This document shows positions 45,353-54,549 of a stretch of DNA of 64,000 nt, one piece after another. Origin of the DNA: Aquificaceae bacterium. Lineage in GTDB: Bacteria; Aquificota; Aquificia; Aquificales; Aquificaceae. Where the stretch lies: NCBI GenBank assembly GCA_041640635.1, contig JBEPZX010000005.1:24838-88837 (forward strand), given 5' to 3'. The notes beneath the pieces are model-generated. The model had not been told where the DNA came from and did no database searches. It saw nothing but the letters and a program-made list of their open reading frames with translations. Numbering within the stretch: the first letter of the stretch is position 1; each line of letters opens with the position of its first letter. A program made the translations under genes and the position numbers.

Positions 45353-46410
45353 TCCAAAGAAGAAAAACCAGACAGATAAAGGTTGGATGGGTTAGTATAG
45401 GTGGAGATGCACCTGTAGTGGTTCAATCCATGACATCCACAAAAACCCACCAAGTGGATGAAACAGTAAAGCAAATAAGAGCTCTACACCAAGAGGGATG
45501 TGAGCTGGTAAGGGTTGCCGTTCCTCACCAAGAGGATGTGGAAGCTTTGCCGGACATAATCAAGAACTCACCTATACCCGTTATAGCGGATATCCACTTT
45601 GCACCTTCTTACGCCTTTCTCTCCATGGAAAAAGGAGCGCACGGTATACGCATAAACCCCGGTAACATAGGAAAAGAGGAAATTGTAAAGGAAATCGTAG
45701 AAGAAGCGAAGAGAAAAGATGTCGCCATAAGAATCGGTGTAAACTCAGGTTCTCTCGAAAAGGATCTTTTAAACAAATACGGATACCCTTGTGCCCAAGC
45801 TCTATTTGAGAGCGCCATCAGGTGGTGTGAAAAGTTCGAAAAGTGGGGATTTTACAACTACAAAGTGTCTATAAAAGGCTCAGACGTTTTGGAAAACATA
45901 AAAGCCAACGAGCTCTTTGCGCAACAAACAGATATTCCTTTGCACATAGGAATAACGGAAGCGGGAATGGGACTAAAAGGTATAGTGAAATCTTCCGTAG
46001 GAATAGGGATTTTGTTATACAGAGGCATAGGTGAAACGGTAAGGGTGTCTTTAACAGATGATCCAGTGGTGGAAGTTCAGACAGCCTACGCTATCCTCAA
46101 CTCCTTGGGACTCAAAAGAAGAGGAATAGAGATCATCTCCTGTCCTACGTGTGGAAGGATAGAGGTGGACTTACCAAAGGTGGTGACGGAGGTGGAAAGC
46201 AAACTAAAGCACATCAAAAAACCTCTAAAGGTTGCCATAATGGGATGTGTGGTAAACGCTATAGGAGAAGCAAAGGAAGCGGACATTGGTCTTGCTTGCG
46301 GAAAAGGTTTTGCGTGGCTCTTTAAAAAAGGAGTTCCCATAAAGAAAGTGAGTGAACAAGAGATGGCGCAAGCGCTTCTTGATGAAATCGCAAAGGAGGA
46401 AACTCAATGA
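45349..46410 (+). CDS. ispG: 4-hydroxy-3-methylbut-2-en-1-yl diphosphate synthase
   Basis: VQSMT, IADIHF, RINPGN, RIGVNSGSL, SCPTCGR, MGCVVN. Confidence 0.97.
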   Translation: MIQRRKTRQIKVGWVSIGGDAPVVVQSMTSTKTHQVDETVKQIRALHQEGCELVRVAVPHQEDVEALPDIIKNSPIPVIADIHFAPSYAFLSMEKGAHGIRINPGNIGKEEIVKEIVEEAKRKDVAIRIGVNSGSLEKDLLNKYGYPCAQALFESAIRWCEKFEKWGFYNYKVSIKGSDVLENIKANELFAQQTDIPLHIGITEAGMGLKGIVKSSVGIGILLYRGIGETVRVSLTDDPVVEVQTAYAILNSLGLKRRGIEIISCPTCGRIEVDLPKVVTEVESKLKHIKKPLKVAIMGCVVNAIGEAKEADIGLACGKGFAWLFKKGVPIKKVSEQEMAQALLDEIAKEETQ

Positions 46411-46748
46411 CGGAGAGGGAAAAGTACGAGAGAATGCTTCAAAAGGCTAATCTCATAGGAAAGGTTCAGTTGGAATTTGTTATGTTAGACCTAAATCCCA
46501 AATGGATGAAGTGTAGAAGAACCACACGCTTGGTCTTTCAGTTTCATAAATTGGGAGAAGAAGAAGGAGTCACCAAGTGTGGTTTAAAGCTCGAGAAATA
46601 CCAAGTGCTTCCCGAAAGACAGGAGAACTTAGTTATAACTCAGGTTAATATGATGCTTGGAGGGCTTGGTTTACTTGTGTTTTTTGATTTGTGTCCCACT
46701 TGCTTTGGAAATATAAATAAATGCAACCCTTTACAAGAGGGGGCATAG
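46407..46748 (+). CDS. Hypothetical protein with possible His/Cys zinc site
   Basis: ATGA overlap with ispG, GGAGG SD; H..TKCG..CPTC pattern; family not recognised. Confidence 0.7.
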   Translation: MTEREKYERMLQKANLIGKVQLEFVMLDLNPKWMKCRRTTRLVFQFHKLGEEEGVTKCGLKLEKYQVLPERQENLVITQVNMMLGGLGLLVFFDLCPTCFGNINKCNPLQEGA

Positions 46749-46754
46749 CCCCCT
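46738..46754. terminator. Hairpin between convergent genes (possible terminator)
   Basis: AGGGGGC-ATA-GCCCCCT; U-tracts are weak on both strands. Confidence 0.45.
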
Positions 46755-46761
46755 TGATTGG

Positions 46762-47064
46762 TTACTTGACGGATAGAACCCACTGAGCCAATTGTTTAGC
46801 TTCTGCGTCTGTTACGTTCTGAGGTGGCATAGGAACTTTTCCCCACACGCCAACACCACCGTTTTTGATCTTTTGTGCTAGATAATCAACAGCATCCGCT
46901 TTTCCAGCATACTTTTTAGCAACGTCTGCGTAGGATGGTCCTACTTTCTTTGCGTTTGTTGCGTGGCAAGCAATGCAGCCCTTTTGCTTTGCAAGTTGTT
47001 CGTTGGCTAAAGATACTCCTGTTAAGCTTGCAGCGAGTATGGCTAAAAAGGCTAGCTTTTTCAT
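46762..47064 (-). CDS. Cytochrome c552 (class I, c551/c552 family)
   Basis: Signal peptide, then NEQLAKQKGCIACH...KVGPSYADVAKKY...VWGKVPMPPQNVTDAEAKQLAQW; resembles H. thermophilus c552 as recalled. Confidence 0.95.
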   Translation of the reverse strand: MKKLAFLAILAASLTGVSLANEQLAKQKGCIACHATNAKKVGPSYADVAKKYAGKADAVDYLAQKIKNGGVGVWGKVPMPPQNVTDAEAKQLAQWVLSVK

Positions 47065-47116
47065 TTTCTACCTCCTTTACCTCTTAATGTCAAATATTAT
47101 AATATAAGCTAATAAA

Positions 47117-47887
47117 ATGAAGATAGGTATCTTTGATTCTGGTGTGGGTGGCTTAACCGTTTTAAAAGCTATTAAAGATATATTTGATAAAGTTGACATC
47201 GTATATCTTGGAGATACTGCTAGGGTTCCGTATGGGAATAAATCCAAAGAGACAGTGCAGAGATACAGCTTGGAGTGTGCCGATTTCTTAATAAAACAAA
47301 GTGTGGATTTTTTAGTTGTAGCTTGTAACACTGCAAGCTCTTATGCTTTAGATACGCTAAGAGAAAACCTAGATATACCTGTTATAGGTGTTGTAGAACC
47401 AGGTGTTAAGTTAGCTGTAGAAAAAACTAAAACAAAACACGTAGGTATAATCGGAACAAAGGGAACAATTCAAAGCGGTTCCTATCAAAGAGCTTTACAA
47501 GACTATGGAATAAATACCTATGCCAAAGCATGTCCTTTGTTTGTCCCCTTGATAGAAGAGGGTTTGATAGAAGGTGAGATAGTTGAGAGCGTGGTTGATT
47601 ACTACCTAGAAGAGCTGAAAAAAACACCCATAGATGTTCTAATCTTGGGTTGTACTCACTACCCTTTAATAAAAAGCGTTATCCAAAATTACTTTGGAGA
47701 TGGTGTGAAAGTCATAGATTCAGCCCATAGTGTAGCAAAAGCATTGGATCCATTAATTGTGAACGAAGGAAATTCCACCCTTGATCTTTACTTTACTGAT
47801 AACTCCCCTATTATAGAAGACTTTATAAGGTTAATCTTTGGGGAGAGCATCAAACCTTATTTTATCCCCATTCTTTGCAGTCTTTAG
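47117..47887 (+). CDS. murI: Glutamate racemase
   Basis: IGIFDSGVGG, PYG, VACNTAS, LGCTHYP. Confidence 0.97.
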   Translation: MKIGIFDSGVGGLTVLKAIKDIFDKVDIVYLGDTARVPYGNKSKETVQRYSLECADFLIKQSVDFLVVACNTASSYALDTLRENLDIPVIGVVEPGVKLAVEKTKTKHVGIIGTKGTIQSGSYQRALQDYGINTYAKACPLFVPLIEEGLIEGEIVESVVDYYLEELKKTPIDVLILGCTHYPLIKSVIQNYFGDGVKVIDSAHSVAKALDPLIVNEGNSTLDLYFTDNSPIIEDFIRLIFGESIKPYFIPILCSL

Positions 47888-48370
47888 TTGTTTTAGAAAA
47901 TCCTTCCTCACTGTTTCAAAAAATTTGATAACCTCTTTATCTCTATAGTCAGCGTATGTCCAGTATAAAGGTCTAAAACTCCCGTAAACGTAAATATACT
48001 CAATCTCAGCATATATACCTTCACTTATAGCAACTCTTCCCCCTCTTTTTTTAGAAGAGGCCAGAACCATTTGACCAACATCTACATATCCCACATCTAT
48101 ATTTAAACGCCTTCTGCCATTAAAAGAATACTGTTTTTCCATCTCTATTGCCCAAAGCTTCATGTAGCTTAAATCTAAAGCATCAACAAGTCCACTTAAA
48201 GAAAGAAAAATCTTTTTTAGGTTTAGTCCCATCTCTCTTGAGTAGTAATTTTGAATACATGCAAACTCTCTTGGCTCACTTTTTCTTTCTATTTTTATTT
48301 TCTTTAAAAAATCTTCCAATATTTCCTGCATGTTAAAGGTTATTGCCATTACTGGCTTTACTATATGCAT
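47831..48370 (-). CDS. DUF4416 family protein
   Basis: YYSREMG, RRLNIDVGY, LASSK, GIYAE, WTYADY; start set at ATG 48370. Confidence 0.75.
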   Translation of the reverse strand: MHIVKPVMAITFNMQEILEDFLKKIKIERKSEPREFACIQNYYSREMGLNLKKIFLSLSGLVDALDLSYMKLWAIEMEKQYSFNGRRRLNIDVGYVDVGQMVLASSKKRGGRVAISEGIYAEIEYIYVYGSFRPLYWTYADYRDKEVIKFFETVRKDFLKQLKTAKNGDKIRFDALPKD

Positions 48371-48580
48371 TGCTTTTGTAATTATAAGAAAAAACTTCAC
48401 GGTAACTCTCTAAGTCAAGTACATACTATGGATTCAACCTGAATAAAAACTATAATAATTTTTGTCAAAAATTTAAGTATCTTTCACATTGAGTTTTCAC
48501 CTCTGAATAACCTTATATTTCTCTCAAGGTGGTAAATAAAGTATAAACTCAATCTCTAATAAACAGAAATTCGTCATATG

Positions 48581-49579
48581 CTAGCAACAAGTCCTTACTA
48601 ATTCAGCCAAAGCTTTTATAAAAAGGGGATCGTCTTGTAGTGTTGGAACTCGAACAAAATTTTCCACACCCAAGCTTTTGGCCAAATTTCCATAAAGATA
48701 ATCTAGTTCATACAAAGTCTCCGAATGCTCACAAGTGAACGAAACTGGAATGAGTGCTATATTTTTTATACCTGAAGATATAATCTCTTGAAGAAGCTCA
48801 TCAGTAAAAGGTCCAAGCCATTTGGTAGGTCCAACTTTGCTCTGATAACCTAAAGCGTGTTTTACTTTTGGAAAACTCTCCATTATAAGCCTTACAGTTT
48901 CTTCTACCTGTTTTTTATAGGGATCTCCTTCCTCTATTATGCTTATTGGCAAACTATGAGCAGTAAAGAGAAAGAAGTAGTTTTCGTAACCAGGTACGTT
49001 TTTTTTGATGTTTTCTACCATAGCTTGTATATACAAAGGGTGGTTATAGTAACAGTTTATTTTTTTGACTTTGGTTTGGATGGGATAGAAGTAAGGCTTT
49101 TCCTGACCTTTTAAAGTAGTTAAAGTAAAGTATTTGCCCCTTTCTATATACTTTCTTACAACTCTGTCAAACTCATTAAAAGAAGAACCAGTTGTCGTTC
49201 GGCTGTATTGGGGATAAAGGGGCAGAAGTATTACTTCTCTTATCCCCTCTTTTGTCAGCTCACTCACAGCTTCTTGTGTCATAGGATGCCAATACCTCAG
49301 TGCTACAACAACTTTATAATTGCTTCCCAACTCCTTAGATAATGCTTGAGCTTGTTTGATAGTTTGTTCCTTCTGTGGAGACTTTCCACCCATTATTTGA
49401 TAATACTTTCTTGTTTTCTTAGCTCTGAAGTGAGAAATTAAAAAAGCGACAGGTTTTTGAATTGGTCTTGGTATGCGTATTATGTCATGATCGGAAAAAA
49501 GATTGTATAGAAAAGGCCTAATGGCATCTAAACTATCAGGTCCTCCCATATTCATCAAAACAACACCGATTTTCTCCAT
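48581..49579 (-). CDS. hemH: Ferrochelatase
   Basis: NMGGP, LPLYPQYS.TT, FTAHSLP, YQSKVGP..WL, EHSETLYELD. Confidence 0.96.
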   Translation of the reverse strand: MEKIGVVLMNMGGPDSLDAIRPFLYNLFSDHDIIRIPRPIQKPVAFLISHFRAKKTRKYYQIMGGKSPQKEQTIKQAQALSKELGSNYKVVVALRYWHPMTQEAVSELTKEGIREVILLPLYPQYSRTTTGSSFNEFDRVVRKYIERGKYFTLTTLKGQEKPYFYPIQTKVKKINCYYNHPLYIQAMVENIKKNVPGYENYFFLFTAHSLPISIIEEGDPYKKQVEETVRLIMESFPKVKHALGYQSKVGPTKWLGPFTDELLQEIISSGIKNIALIPVSFTCEHSETLYELDYLYGNLAKSLGVENFVRVPTLQDDPLFIKALAELVRTCC

Positions 49580-49602
49580 AATGTGATAAATTTAAATCTA
49601 AA

Positions 49603-50217
49603 ATGGTTGTAGGGGTTTTAGAAAGCATAGTAGATTTGAAGACAAATAAGTTACACGGCTACAAAATAGTTACGCGTATTTTAAAACAAGGTTCAGAAAT
49701 GACATATCCATACATTACCAGTAGAAATTTAAGGTTGGATGCTGAACGTAGTGTAATAGAACATGTATGTAAAAACTACAAGAATTACCGCTTATTTATC
49801 ACAGTACCAGAAAGCATGAGTATTGATGAGTTAGCGCTTATAAACCCCAACGCCGTTGTTTGTATTCACACTCATATTGGCGTTAGTAATCTAGCTAAGC
49901 ACTTTAGGGAGTTAAAAAATAAAGGCTTTATGGTTTGTTTGGATAATTTTTACACATCCACTTATGATTTAAAAGAAATAATTATAGGTAGTTTTGATTA
50001 CGTATTTTTTAGAGATGATTTTTACAAAAATGCGAAAGGGAAAGATTTGGAAAAGGTCATAGCTTACTTTAAACAATTTGGTTGTAAAGTATGTTTTAAA
50101 AGAATGGAAAGTATGAAAGATGTGGAGTATGCAATAAAGCTAGGTGTAGATTTAGGTCACGGATACATCTTTGGTCAAGAGTATGTAAAAGTACCATGGA
50201 AAGGAAAATACTCTTAA
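49603..50217 (+). CDS. Degenerate stand-alone EAL-domain protein
   Basis: IVDLKT..LHGYKIVTR (EAL position), GFMVCLDNF, FDYV, LGVDLGHGYIF. Confidence 0.7.
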   Translation: MVVGVLESIVDLKTNKLHGYKIVTRILKQGSEMTYPYITSRNLRLDAERSVIEHVCKNYKNYRLFITVPESMSIDELALINPNAVVCIHTHIGVSNLAKHFRELKNKGFMVCLDNFYTSTYDLKEIIIGSFDYVFFRDDFYKNAKGKDLEKVIAYFKQFGCKVCFKRMESMKDVEYAIKLGVDLGHGYIFGQEYVKVPWKGKYS

Positions 50218-50636
50218 TCTGCCTATTGTTTTTACTTTTATCATCTTGCACATCACCATCCATAATACTTCTAAAAGACCCACTTAAGGATAAGGAGCAT
50301 ATAGATCTAGGTTACATCTACGAAAGACAAGGCAAACTTGAGCTAGCAGAAAAGGAGTACAAAAAGGCTATCGGAAAAAACAAGAAGCTTTGGCAAGCCT
50401 ACTTTAACCTTGGTAACGTGTATGCCAAGATGTGGGAATTCGAAAAGGCAGAGGAAGCATACAGAAAAGCGCTATGCCTAAACAAAAACGATCCAGATAT
50501 ACTCAACAACTTGGCGTATGTGCTCTATAAACAAGGCAGAAAGGATGAAGGGCTAAAATACATAAACAAAGCTTTGAGCATACAAGCAAAACCAGAGTAT
50601 TTGGAAACAAAGCAAGCTTTAGAATCTAAATGGTAG
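50196..50636 (+). CDS. TPR lipoprotein
   Basis: Lipobox LLSSC; TPR repeats (AYFNLGNVY, ILNNLAYVL). Confidence 0.85.
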   Translation: MERKILLICLLFLLLSSCTSPSIILLKDPLKDKEHIDLGYIYERQGKLELAEKEYKKAIGKNKKLWQAYFNLGNVYAKMWEFEKAEEAYRKALCLNKNDPDILNNLAYVLYKQGRKDEGLKYINKALSIQAKPEYLETKQALESKW

Positions 50637-51929
50637 TTTAGGAAAGCCACCAAATCCTAGAGAACCTTTGAGTTTCTTTATCATCTTTTTCATCTCTTCG
50701 TAATCTTTCAAAACCTTATTTACATCCGAAACTGTCGTTCCGCTACCCTTTGCTATCCTTTGCTTTCTACTTAAGTTTATTATCTTTGGATTTCTTCTTT
50801 CTTCTCTGGTCATGGATAAGATTATAGCTTCCGTTTTCTTAAACTTTTTCTCATCTATTTTCACGTTCTTTAACTGCGCTCCCAAACCTGGAATCATCTG
50901 AAGAACCTTTTCTAGCGGTCCCATGTTTTTTATGAACCTTATCTGCTTTAGCATATCCTCCAATGAAAACTCCCCTGCCATTATTTTGGTAGCAAGGACC
51001 TGAGCTTCGTCCTCCGGAATAGCTTCTTGTGCCTTCTCTACCAAGCTCTGTATATCCCCAAGCCCCAATATTCTTTGTGCTATCCTATCTGGATAGAAAG
51101 GTTCTATATCCTCTATCTTTTCCCCAACACCTATAAACTTTATGTTTACACCCAGAGCCTCTTTTATGGATAGAGCCAGTCCACCCCTTGCGTCGCCATC
51201 CATTTTGGTAAGCACAGCACCCGTTAAGCCAAGCTCGGAGTTAAAGGTCTTTGCTACGTTCAAAGCTTCTTGCCCTTGCATAGCATCCGCTACATAAATA
51301 ACCTCAGAAGGTCTTACCAATTCTTTTATCTGTTTTAGCTCCTGCATAAGCTCTTCGTCGATATGTAAACGTCCAGCTGTATCTAAAAGTAAGTAATCGT
51401 AATCCTTAGCTTTTTCCTTTGCTTTTTTGGCTATCTCCAAGGCACTTAAATTTTCACCAAAGTTTAGGTAATCCACCCCAACCCTTTCTGCAAGCTTTTG
51501 GAGTTGCAACATAGCTGCTGGTCTCCTTACGTCCGTAGATGTAACGGCTACTTTATGGTTTTCTTTACTTAACAGGCTGGCTATCTTTCCTATCGTGGTA
51601 GTTTTACCTGTTCCTTGAAGTCCAACAAATAGCACTATGCCTTTTTTTAGTTCAGATTTTTGACCACCTAGTACGTTAGTTAACTCCTCATAAACCGTCA
51701 TTAGAACCATATCGGAAGGAGATAAATTGGACCTATTTATGTCTTCTTTTAGAGCTCTTTCTGTTATTCTCTTGGTAAAACTTTTCACTACATCGTAATC
51801 TACGTCTGCATCCAAAAGGGCAGTCCTTATGTCTCTAACTATGTCTTTGAGCTGTTTTTCATTTAATCTTTTGCTGGATTTTAATCGTTCCAAACTTTTT
51901 GAAAATTTCTCTGTCAGAAGTTCCAACAT
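50619..51929 (-). CDS. ffh: Signal recognition particle protein
   Basis: GLQGTGKTT, DVRRPAA, DTAGR, TKMDGDARGG, M domain SMT.EER..RIAKGSG; start set at ATG 51929. Confidence 0.97.
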   Translation of the reverse strand: MLELLTEKFSKSLERLKSSKRLNEKQLKDIVRDIRTALLDADVDYDVVKSFTKRITERALKEDINRSNLSPSDMVLMTVYEELTNVLGGQKSELKKGIVLFVGLQGTGKTTTIGKIASLLSKENHKVAVTSTDVRRPAAMLQLQKLAERVGVDYLNFGENLSALEIAKKAKEKAKDYDYLLLDTAGRLHIDEELMQELKQIKELVRPSEVIYVADAMQGQEALNVAKTFNSELGLTGAVLTKMDGDARGGLALSIKEALGVNIKFIGVGEKIEDIEPFYPDRIAQRILGLGDIQSLVEKAQEAIPEDEAQVLATKIMAGEFSLEDMLKQIRFIKNMGPLEKVLQMIPGLGAQLKNVKIDEKKFKKTEAIILSMTREERRNPKIINLSRKQRIAKGSGTTVSDVNKVLKDYEEMKKMIKKLKGSLGFGGFPKLPFRF

Positions 51930-51952
51930 GTAAATCAATTATAATCTTAGTT
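51930..51952. promoter_or_regulatory. Bidirectional leaderless promoter between ffh and leuB
   Basis: Palindrome ATTATAAT (51938-45) gives TATAAT on both strands, 8 nt from the ffh ATG and 7 nt from the leuB ATG; no SD. Confidence 0.65.
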
Positions 51953-53041
51953 ATGGGCACTTACAACATAGCAGTCTTAGAAGGTGATGGAATAGGTCCA
52001 GAAATAGTCCAGGCTAGCTTGCAAGTTCTAAAACGCATTGGAGAGCTTTTTGGGCACACTTTCAACACGGAGAAAGCCTTAATCGGTGGCGCAGCTATCG
52101 ATCAGTATGGTGTGCCTCTGCCTAAAGAAACCACAGATATCTGTCTCTCTTCAGATGCTGTGCTTCTGGGTGCCGTGGGTGGACCCAAGTGGGACGATCT
52201 GCCAACGGACAGAAGACCGGAAAAAGGACTGCTGGGAATAAGGAAAGCCTTAGACCTTTATGCAAACTTAAGACCCGCAAAAGTTTACGATTCTTTGATA
52301 TCTTCCTCACCATTAAAAGAAGAAGTGGTAAAAGGCACAGACTTTGTAGTGATTAGAGAGCTGACGGGGGATGTTTACTACGGCGAACCGAGGGGCGTTT
52401 TTGTAGAGGGTGGCAAAAGAGTTGGTGTAAACACCATGAAGTATACGGAAGATGAGATAAGGAGAGTTGTAAAAAAAGCCTTTGAAATAGCAAGGACCAG
52501 AAGAAAGAAGTTAACCAGTGTGGACAAGTCCAACGTGTTGGAAGTTAGCAAACTCTGGAAAGACGTAGTCCAAGAAGAAGCTCAAAACTATCCTGATGTT
52601 GAACTGGAGCATCTTTACGTGGATAACTGTGCCATGCAGATAGTGAGAAGGCCTTCTTCTTTCGATGTGGTGGTAACGGGAAATATATTTGGTGATATTC
52701 TTTCAGATGAAGCAGCTGTTATAACAGGTAGTTTAGGCATGCTTCCATCGGCAAGTATAGGAGACAAGTACGCTCTGTATGAACCCGTTCACGGTTCGGC
52801 ACCAGACATCGCAGGTAAAGGCATAGCCAACCCTATAGCCACTATTCTTTCTGTAGCTATGATGCTAAAGTACTCCTTTGGTCTACATCAGGAAGCTAAA
52901 CTTATAGAGCAAGCTATAGAAAGTGTTTTAAACAAAGGTTATAGAACCCCAGATATACACTCTGAGGGATGCACAAAAGTTGGCACTCAAGAAATCACAA
53001 ACCTTATAATAAAAGAGATAGAAAATAAGGAGTTAGAGTGA
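51953..53041 (+). CDS. leuB: 3-isopropylmalate dehydrogenase
   Basis: GDGIGPE, GAVGGPKWD, RELTG.VY, VDKSNVL, FGDILSDEA, EPVHGSAPDIAG. Confidence 0.96.
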   Translation: MGTYNIAVLEGDGIGPEIVQASLQVLKRIGELFGHTFNTEKALIGGAAIDQYGVPLPKETTDICLSSDAVLLGAVGGPKWDDLPTDRRPEKGLLGIRKALDLYANLRPAKVYDSLISSSPLKEEVVKGTDFVVIRELTGDVYYGEPRGVFVEGGKRVGVNTMKYTEDEIRRVVKKAFEIARTRRKKLTSVDKSNVLEVSKLWKDVVQEEAQNYPDVELEHLYVDNCAMQIVRRPSSFDVVVTGNIFGDILSDEAAVITGSLGMLPSASIGDKYALYEPVHGSAPDIAGKGIANPIATILSVAMMLKYSFGLHQEAKLIEQAIESVLNKGYRTPDIHSEGCTKVGTQEITNLIIKEIENKELE

Positions 53042-54549
53042 TGGGTAAAGTAGCGTTTTTCCTTGTCTTAGTCGCCTTTTCCTTTTCCTTTTCGTGGGAA
53101 GAGGGCATAAAGAAGTTTTTCCAGAGGGATGGTTACGTAGTAAGCGTAGAAAAGGACAGAGCCATCATAGATATAGGTAAAGGAAACGTAAAGGAAGGTG
53201 AAGTTTTTGATGTATACAGGGAAGGGAAAGACATAGTACATCCTGTAACTGGAAAAGTGATAGGTAAAGAAACTCAAACTGTTGGAAAGATAAAGGTAAT
53301 TAATGTTCAGGATGGTTTTTCGGTAGCTACAATCGAAAGTGGTACAGGCATAAAAACCGGTGATAGGATAAAGCTTTATAGGAGTTCAGTATGCTATCAA
53401 GGTAGTGATGAGGGATTTTTTAAGGTCTCTTCTGTTGTGGAAGGTCTTAAAAAAGGTTCAGGGTGTGATTACGTAATAAAGGAATTTCAAGATGGGTATG
53501 GCATTGAGTTTTTACAAAATCCCGTAGCCTTCTTCTCAAAACCTACCACCACGGTTGCTAACATTGGACGTGCCACTATAGAAGACCTAAACCTTTTAGC
53601 AAGATCAAAGTTGATCAAAGCTTTACCAAGTCTGCCACTATCGGCGGATATTGGAGACATCCTTGGAAACAAAAAAGACTTTTTAGTAGTTCTCTTTTCC
53701 GGTAAGCTAGAGGTCTATGAGGTACTAAAAAACGATATGGTTCTAAGAATGCGTTATAGTCTACCAGCAGGCGTTCCTGTTTCTGTAACCACAGGCAAAA
53801 TAGGAAAAGAAGACAGAGATTACATCATAGTCAATATGGTTTCTGGAGATACCGCCTCTTCAGTTATACTAAAAGCCGTAGGTGACACACTCTTGCCTGT
53901 TAGAACAGGTATTCCTTACATAATGGGAGTTTTAGACAAAGCAAACCCAAAGGAAACCTTTGTTGGGCAAAGATTTGATTTTTCTAACAAGTTTGGTCAA
54001 GCTGTAAAGCTTACATTGGAAGATAATAACCTAAAAGAAACAGGAGTCTTTGTTGCTCCCAGAGGCTTTAGGATAGATTCGGCTTTTATGTATGGTGAGT
54101 ATCTTGTATTTACAGATGCAAATGGAAGATTGAGAATTTACAAGGGCGGAAACGAAGTGTTTTCGAGCGAAGAAGGATTTGGTGGATCTTACACAAGCGT
54201 TCAAATTCCTGTATTGGACAGCGGTAAAATGAATTACATATTTAATCCAAAGGGAGCAAAGATAAACGTTGTTGGATTCGACGTGGCTCTCGTAGTGAAG
54301 AATACCTCAGGTTTTGTGCAAAAGTTCTTAGATATACTCAAGTACTCTCAAGGTGAGGTTTATATGATAGGTGAAAGGAGAAAGGACTTGGTATTTTTAA
54401 AACAAGTTAGAGGTTCTACTTTTGAAGAGTCTGTGCAGGCAATAGTTAGAACAAGCGATGGGCGTATATTGGTATTGACAGGCAAAACGGGCACCATACC
54501 TGTGCAAAACAAAGGTGACATTTACGAACTGGAATTTAGAGTGCTTTGA
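53041..54549 (+). CDS. Exported protein with FlgT C-terminal-like domain and FG-GAP/VCBS-like repeats
   Basis: Signal peptide; IDIG..VKEGEVFDVYREG.DIVHPVTGKVIG; DIGDILGNKKDFLVV repeat-like segment. Confidence 0.6.
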   Translation: MGKVAFFLVLVAFSFSFSWEEGIKKFFQRDGYVVSVEKDRAIIDIGKGNVKEGEVFDVYREGKDIVHPVTGKVIGKETQTVGKIKVINVQDGFSVATIESGTGIKTGDRIKLYRSSVCYQGSDEGFFKVSSVVEGLKKGSGCDYVIKEFQDGYGIEFLQNPVAFFSKPTTTVANIGRATIEDLNLLARSKLIKALPSLPLSADIGDILGNKKDFLVVLFSGKLEVYEVLKNDMVLRMRYSLPAGVPVSVTTGKIGKEDRDYIIVNMVSGDTASSVILKAVGDTLLPVRTGIPYIMGVLDKANPKETFVGQRFDFSNKFGQAVKLTLEDNNLKETGVFVAPRGFRIDSAFMYGEYLVFTDANGRLRIYKGGNEVFSSEEGFGGSYTSVQIPVLDSGKMNYIFNPKGAKINVVGFDVALVVKNTSGFVQKFLDILKYSQGEVYMIGERRKDLVFLKQVRGSTFEESVQAIVRTSDGRILVLTGKTGTIPVQNKGDIYELEFRVL

